From: a virus
Lineage: Duplodnaviria; Caudoviricetes
Strand: one strand, 5' to 3'
Length of the DNA stretch: 64,000 nt
IMG/VR virus record: IMGVR_UViG_3300037067_018091
Location: 1 to 64,000 of that record
Shown: positions 58,690-64,000 of the stretch, in pieces
Layout of the letters: the number at the start of each line of letters is the position of its first letter
How positions within the stretch are numbered: the first letter of the stretch is position 1
Position numbers and translations under genes: made by a program
Notes under the pieces: model-generated
Told to the model about the DNA's origin: nothing
Database searches by the model: none
The model's input: only the letters and a program-made list of their open reading frames with translations

Positions 58690-59958
58690 TTGGAGAAGCT
58701 TGTGAAGATATTATGGATTTCTGATAATCCGTCTAGTAACAGCGGTTACGGTAAAATCACTGCACAAACAGTTCGGCATTTAAAATCTCAAGGACATGAA
58801 ATACTATTAATGGCGGGCGGCGCTCCGTTTTATAACATACCTTTTCAAGAACAGGCTTGGGAAGGTTGCCGTCTATGGTTGGTTGCAGATTATGGTAATG
58901 CTGAACAAATAAGATATTTTTTGAATGTTGAAAAACCAGATGTCGTAGTTGCAAATGCTGATCCGCGATTTTTTGATTATCTTTTCAAATTAGATAATGA
59001 AATCCGCCGCGTTTGTCCCCTTGTTTTCTATCATCTCTGGGATGATGGACCTTTCCCAAAATTTAATGTTCCTTACTATAATAGTTGCGATCATATTATA
59101 GCGGGATCAAAATTTACATACGAATTACTTCGTGCGAACAGTACTCCCGATACCATGCTTTCCTATGCCCCGATTGGATTTGATTCAAGTACATATCATC
59201 CAATTTCAAAAGATGAAGTTATTGAATTTAGACAACAATTTAATCAACTTACAAATTTTGAACATGTCGATGCAAAATTTATCGCCGGTGTCGTTGCCCG
59301 CCACTCAGAGCGGAAAAATTTGTTAAGTATTATGGAGTCTTTTACAAAGTGGGCCGAAGGAAAGAAGGATGTCTTGCTTTTTGTTCATTCGCCTGGACAA
59401 GATGCGGGTCGTAGTCTTGAATACGCGATGAATAATATGTTCGCGGATAAAAAGATTATTTTAAGTAATGCTGCCCCACAGATGCAAAAGGACGATTTAG
59501 TTAATCGATTTTATAATTTTTTTGATGTAATTTTAAATCGTTCTACTGCAGAAGGTTTTGGAATGCCTATCGCAGAAGCGATGCTGGCGGGAACCCCAGC
59601 AATTACAATAGATTGTCCGGGACCTGCAGGATTGGTGGACGATTCTAATGGTTGGTTGCTTAAAACAGATGTAAAACCTTTGTTAAGTAATCAAGTTGTG
59701 CCGTTCATTTATAGTAGATATATAACGGACGAGAAATTTATTGCGGCATTAGATGAAGCATATAATAATCCAGTACTCCGTGAACAAAAGGCTGCAAAAT
59801 GTCGTCAGTTTATCATGGATAATTATTCTCTTAATGGGATGGTTAAGGGGATTGAAACGGCTTTACAAAAAGCAATTGCGAATTGGCGTAGATATCCTGA
59901 ATTTACCGTTCATTCATTTCCTGCAGTTGAATTGAAGAAAGCAGAAACAACTGAATAA
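58690..59958 (+). CDS. GT-B (GT4-like) glycosyltransferase
   Basis: SGYGK N-terminal motif, RKNL, EGFGMPIAEAMLAGTP. Confidence 0.9.
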   Translation: MEKLVKILWISDNPSSNSGYGKITAQTVRHLKSQGHEILLMAGGAPFYNIPFQEQAWEGCRLWLVADYGNAEQIRYFLNVEKPDVVVANADPRFFDYLFKLDNEIRRVCPLVFYHLWDDGPFPKFNVPYYNSCDHIIAGSKFTYELLRANSTPDTMLSYAPIGFDSSTYHPISKDEVIEFRQQFNQLTNFEHVDAKFIAGVVARHSERKNLLSIMESFTKWAEGKKDVLLFVHSPGQDAGRSLEYAMNNMFADKKIILSNAAPQMQKDDLVNRFYNFFDVILNRSTAEGFGMPIAEAMLAGTPAITIDCPGPAGLVDDSNGWLLKTDVKPLLSNQVVPFIYSRYITDEKFIAALDEAYNNPVLREQKAAKCRQFIMDNYSLNGMVKGIETALQKAIANWRRYPEFTVHSFPAVELKKAETTE

Positions 59959-60416
59959 TGGGTGCTTGGGGAACACGGTCATCCGAAAACGACGCTGTAC
60001 ATGATCTGTTAAGCATGGCCGGCCGTAAGAATGCTCACTATGGGTTTGAGGATCCTGGAGAACTTACAAATGAACAGCTTGAGCAGTTTATTATGAATAG
60101 ATTTGTAGTACCTTTACAACTTTCTAATGATGAAAAACATGTTCAAGCTGCGTTAGGCACTTTACGGAAACTTAATGAATTAATACATCCTATGCATTTT
60201 CTTGGATTAATAATTTGGGGATTTGATCGTGGCTGGACATTTAATAGAGATATTTTAACTATTGCAGATGAATCAAGTATGAAATTGATTTACGATCAAA
60301 ATGAATGGTTTAGATATATTCATATGTGGGCGCATCCAAAAATTCGTCATTATCGACTTTTAAAAGAAATGTGCAAAATTAAACAAGCAATAAAGGAAAA
60401 GAATGATGGCAGATAA
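59958..60416 (+). CDS. hypothetical protein, DUF4259-like N-terminus, internal ExxxQxALG tag
   Basis: MGAWGTRSSENDAVHD; SNDEKHVQAALGT. Confidence 0.65.
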   Translation: MGAWGTRSSENDAVHDLLSMAGRKNAHYGFEDPGELTNEQLEQFIMNRFVVPLQLSNDEKHVQAALGTLRKLNELIHPMHFLGLIIWGFDRGWTFNRDILTIADESSMKLIYDQNEWFRYIHMWAHPKIRHYRLLKEMCKIKQAIKEKNDGR

Positions 60417-61572
60417 AATTAAGGTTTTGTTCAAAGCCCCTTTTGCAGATTACAGCGGATATGCCACAATTGCTCGTAATTTGTTGATTCAACTCTATAA
60501 ATTAGATAAATTTGATCTTTATCTTGAGCCAATTGTATGGATCAATTCTGGGAATCTTGAACTTCCCGAAGAAGAGAAGAAAATTATCGATGAACTTCTT
60601 GCAAAGTCTGTTCAAATTGATCCAACAGATAAAACTCTTATTCATTTTTCAATTGCAACTGAATTTTTTGGTGAAAAAAGTCCTTTTCGCAAAACAATTG
60701 GATTTACAATGATTGAGACTGATAAAACTGCGAACGGATGGGCGTGGAAATGTAATCAAATGGACGCAGTTTTTGTTCCATCCACGTTTTGCCTTGGCTC
60801 TTTTATGCAATCTAATGTCTCAGTGCCGATAAGAGTTGTACCGTTTGGGATTGATTTTGAAAAATATACGCCTGAGGGCGAAAAACTTCTTGATCTTCCT
60901 ACAAAATTTAACTTTCTTACGGTTGGCCAATGGCTTCCACAAGGAGATCGTAAAAATATTATAGGCGTATTGCAAACTTTCTTGCATAATTTTAGAAATA
61001 ATCCAGATGTGGGATTAATTTTAAAGACTTATCACGTCGGCGCAGGAACTGTCGATAAATTGCAAATTGAAAATTCTATTCAACAAATTAGACAGCAAGT
61101 AGGTATTAAAAATAATGAAGGGCCCCAGATTTATTTAGTGCATGGTGCAATGAGTGAAGAAAATATGATCAAATTGTATCGTAATGCAGATGTATTTTTA
61201 CTCCCGACATGCGGTGAAGCTTGGGGAATGCCGTTAATGGAAGCTGCTGCGATGGGTCTCCCAATTATTACAACTCGAGGTACCGGTGCTGAAGCGTTTT
61301 TGAATGAAGAGCATGTGGTAATGGTTGATGCAGAATGGAAACCTATTGGAAATAGAATTTATTGGCCTCATGTTTATGAACATTATCAGCAATTGTTGAT
61401 TCCAAATATGGAAGAATTTGCCAGAATGGTTCATAGAGTTTATAAATATCCTGAAATGTCTAGAGAACAAGCAAAAAAGCAGCGGCTTGAAATGATTGAA
61501 CGTGGTTTTACTTGGAAGGCAGCCGCGGAACAACTTGCTGAGGCAATTGAGGATCTTAATGATGCGGAATAA
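60403..61572 (+). CDS. GT-B (GT4-like) glycosyltransferase
   Basis: SGYATIAR, RKNI, GEAWGMPLMEAAAMGLP. Confidence 0.9.
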   Translation: MMADKIKVLFKAPFADYSGYATIARNLLIQLYKLDKFDLYLEPIVWINSGNLELPEEEKKIIDELLAKSVQIDPTDKTLIHFSIATEFFGEKSPFRKTIGFTMIETDKTANGWAWKCNQMDAVFVPSTFCLGSFMQSNVSVPIRVVPFGIDFEKYTPEGEKLLDLPTKFNFLTVGQWLPQGDRKNIIGVLQTFLHNFRNNPDVGLILKTYHVGAGTVDKLQIENSIQQIRQQVGIKNNEGPQIYLVHGAMSEENMIKLYRNADVFLLPTCGEAWGMPLMEAAAMGLPIITTRGTGAEAFLNEEHVVMVDAEWKPIGNRIYWPHVYEHYQQLLIPNMEEFARMVHRVYKYPEMSREQAKKQRLEMIERGFTWKAAAEQLAEAIEDLNDAE

Positions 61573-61849
61573 AATTAAGGATACTCCTAATTTTTATAAA
61601 GATATAGAATTCGGTATTAGAGATGTTGTCAAATTACTTCGAGACAACGGTATTAATACTACATGTTCTTGCGGCCATGAAATGTATGTCGAATTTGAAT
61701 GTTGTTCTTCGACTATGGTAGAGAATATTTATAATGTTTTATTTAACGCAGGATATCGTGGTTTTAGAATTAATTATGCTCTACAATGTCCTCCTGATGG
61801 GTTTGTTATACGGCGAGGAACAATTCTATTAAATAAATGGATGGAGTAA
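61559..61849 (+). CDS. hypothetical protein
   Basis: IEFGIRDVVKLL..GINTTCSCGH motif. Confidence 0.7.
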   Translation: MMRNKIKDTPNFYKDIEFGIRDVVKLLRDNGINTTCSCGHEMYVEFECCSSTMVENIYNVLFNAGYRGFRINYALQCPPDGFVIRRGTILLNKWME

Positions 61850-61850
61850 A

Positions 61851-62360
61851 TTGCAGAATAAAACTGTTTATTTAATGGTTGGGAATATCGGTACTGGAAA
61901 ATCGACAACTGTTGCAAAATTAACTAAAGGAAATTTAGATAAAATTGCGGTTCTTGATACAGATGGACTTGCAATGATGTATTCTGCAAATGATTATGGA
62001 CCGCATATTTGGACTGCCGAACGTAGAAATTTATATCGTACTTCTTTGTTAAAACTTGAAGATTTAGCATTACAAAAAGGGTTTGATGTTATCGTAGATA
62101 GTACCGCAATGTCTCGAGAATGTCGAAAATCTTTTATAGATATTGCAAAAAATAACGGTGCGCGGATAGTAGTATATCTTCATCGTACTCCAGGAGGATT
62201 AGAGAGACGGTGTCAGGAACCACGCGGCCAAACACGTGAACTTTGGACAATAGTATATGAAGGATTTGAAAATGAGTTTGAAGAACCTTCATTAGATGAA
62301 GGAATTGATGAAATAATTAATTGTACGCGGGTGTATCATAATCATGGGATTAAATCTTAA
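61851..62360 (+). CDS. P-loop kinase (AAA_33, polynucleotide-kinase-like)
   Basis: GNIGTGKST, VIVDST, R motif. Confidence 0.82.
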   Translation: MQNKTVYLMVGNIGTGKSTTVAKLTKGNLDKIAVLDTDGLAMMYSANDYGPHIWTAERRNLYRTSLLKLEDLALQKGFDVIVDSTAMSRECRKSFIDIAKNNGARIVVYLHRTPGGLERRCQEPRGQTRELWTIVYEGFENEFEEPSLDEGIDEIINCTRVYHNHGIKS

Positions 62361-62703
62361 AAAGAACTCCAAAAAAGATGGCGAATGGTACGGTTGCGAC
62401 CTCGATGGAACTTTGGCATACCACGATAAGTGGGGCGGAATTGAACATATTGGTAAGCCGATTCCTAAAATGCTTGAAAGAGTTAAAAAATGGATTTCTG
62501 AGGGAAAGACTGTAAAAATATTTACGGCTCGCGCTGCAGAAGGTCCTGAAGCAATCAAATATGTCGAAGATTGGCTTGAAGAAAATGGTATTGGTGGCCT
62601 TGAAGTTACGAATAAAAAAGATTTTAAACTTGTTGAACTTTGGGATGATCGAGTAGTTCAAGTTAAGAAAAATACTGGCGAACGAGTTGATGGAAAAGAG
62701 TAA
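62344..62703 (+). CDS. HAD-family phosphatase (PNK phosphatase-like)
   Basis: CDLDGTL, FTAR, WDDR. Confidence 0.8.
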   Translation: MGLNLKKNSKKDGEWYGCDLDGTLAYHDKWGGIEHIGKPIPKMLERVKKWISEGKTVKIFTARAAEGPEAIKYVEDWLEENGIGGLEVTNKKDFKLVELWDDRVVQVKKNTGERVDGKE

Positions 62704-62705
62704 AT

Positions 62706-62876
62706 ATGGGTTTGATTTTACCTCCAGAAGCAAGTATATATTTTCATAAAATGACTGCAAAAGAGTTGGGTATTTCAGAAGATGAATATAAAATTCAAGA
62801 TGCATTAGGATTAATTTCTTCGGTTATAGGGGTTGATTGGGGTATAAGTGACAATGGGCATGATTTTACCACCTAA
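62706..62876 (+). CDS. small protein with ExxxQxALG tag
   Basis: hand-translated 56 aa: ILPP...MTAKELGISEDEYKIQDALGL. Confidence 0.65.
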   Translation: MGLILPPEASIYFHKMTAKELGISEDEYKIQDALGLISSVIGVDWGISDNGHDFTT

Positions 62877-63015
62877 GATTTATAAACGGCCGATGACTGC
62901 AGACGAAATGGGCATTTCGGAAGATGAATATAAAATTCAAGAAGCATTGGGAATAATTCCTAAAATTGAAATGGTTAAATATCTTGGTAAAAGTCGAAAG
63001 TTGGTTCGAAAATGA
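62860..63015 (+). CDS. small protein, tandem paralog with ExxxQxALG tag
   Basis: hand-translated 51 aa: ILPP...MTADEMGISEDEYKIQEALGI. Confidence 0.65.
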   Translation: MILPPKIYKRPMTADEMGISEDEYKIQEALGIIPKIEMVKYLGKSRKLVRK

Positions 63016-63383
63016 TTTGGATAATTATATCAATTATTTTGTTGTGTATAATTTTGCATCCGCTTCAAAAGACTTTATCGTTAAGTTGGGATAAAAAGAA
63101 TACTCTTTGGGGAAATTTTGAAACTTTTATCTCTATTGTAAAACATGAAGATAGAGACATTGATTTCACATTATCAATACATCCACAATACTTCAGTTTT
63201 CAGTTTTCTTTATGGTTCGTCGCGGCAGGAATTTTTTGGAGTATGCATGGAACCCATTTAGATTGTGAACGAGATCAGGGAGAAACCGCTGCTATTGAAT
63301 TATTGAAAAGAGTATTGCAAGAAGAAAAGAATTCTTTAGAATTAACTAAAGATATTACAATTTATCTACAAAGAAAAGAATAA
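63012..63383 (+). CDS. hypothetical membrane protein
   Basis: hydrophobic N-terminus, ATGA overlap. Confidence 0.7.
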   Translation: MIWIIISIILLCIILHPLQKTLSLSWDKKNTLWGNFETFISIVKHEDRDIDFTLSIHPQYFSFQFSLWFVAAGIFWSMHGTHLDCERDQGETAAIELLKRVLQEEKNSLELTKDITIYLQRKE

Positions 63384-64000
63384 TGAAAATCTCTATTTTG
63401 ATCCCTACTTTAGATAATCCCGATTACGTCGAATTAGTTACAAACGCATTTCGAAAAAATACGACTAATCCATTTGAAATTCTTGTATTTGCAAATAATA
63501 TATCTAAACAGATGAAAGAGTTAGCAAATAAATTACAATTTGATTATTTTAATGGATCGGATAAAAATAAAGGTGTTGCAGAAGCAACTAATTTTTTGGC
63601 AAAATATGCAACAGGTGATATAATATTTTATGTCGGTGACGATGTTTATTGTGTTCCTAAGTGGGATGAGATTTTAATTACAAAAATGAATCCCGAAATA
63701 CGTTATCAATATCTTACAGGAGTTATGTTTGGGCCAACGCATAAAAATCCAATGATGCATGCACCTATTTTTTATGGTAAAACTTCGAAACAATGGAAAG
63801 AGAATGAAGAAAAATTTTTAAAAGAATGGCGTGATAGACGAACAATTAAACAAGATATAATTAGTATTTTAGGCCCAGTATTTATCCGGAAAGAATTGTG
63901 GGATGAAATTGGGGGATTCGATGAAAAATTTTATCCTGGTTTTGGGACTGATCCAGATTTAATTGCGAAAATTTATTTTGCGGCAAAAAAGAAAAATGTT
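63383..64000 (+). CDS. GT2 family glycosyltransferase (truncated by window end)
   Basis: hand-translated MKISILIPT, NKGVAEATN, YVGDD, WDEIGGFDEKF. Confidence 0.85.
   Translation, partial: MKISILIPTLDNPDYVELVTNAFRKNTTNPFEILVFANNISKQMKELANKLQFDYFNGSDKNKGVAEATNFLAKYATGDIIFYVGDDVYCVPKWDEILITKMNPEIRYQYLTGVMFGPTHKNPMMHAPIFYGKTSKQWKENEEKFLKEWRDRRTIKQDIISILGPVFIRKELWDEIGGFDEKFYPGFGTDPDLIAKIYFAAKKKNV

Overview
AT-rich 64-kb segment of a large, jumbo-like myovirus (contractile-tail) phage genome, read in standard code 11 and almost entirely on the + strand. (1) 1.1-7.8 kb: an array of 18 canonical-looking tRNAs, a non-canonical tRNA-Ala, an anticodon-less tRNA mimic and several other structured RNAs. 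It also holds two HNH endonuclease genes, each inside the separated 5' and 3' ends of a broken tRNA, a DEDDh exoribonuclease and a GGQ release-factor-like gene. (2) 8.5-12.5 kb: 7-deazaguanine modification genes (QueE, TGT/DpdA-like, DUF366) plus an AAA+ ATPase. (3) 14-18.5 kb: portal, two sigma-like factors, peptide deformylase. (4) 18.5-58 kb: head protease/scaffold, major capsid, neck, sheath, tube, chaperones, tape measure, baseplate and modular fibres. (5) 58-64 kb: GH108 endolysin, three glycosyltransferases and a kinase + HAD phosphatase pair. Most striking unexplained patterns: HNH genes in split tRNAs next to an intact isoacceptor; a shared ExxxQxALG peptide tag in 11 small proteins; C33 in place of U33 in five tRNAs; and strong SGS tripeptide enrichment in outer virion proteins of a phage encoding glycosyltransferases. 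All calls come from motif recognition and hand folding; no database searches were run.
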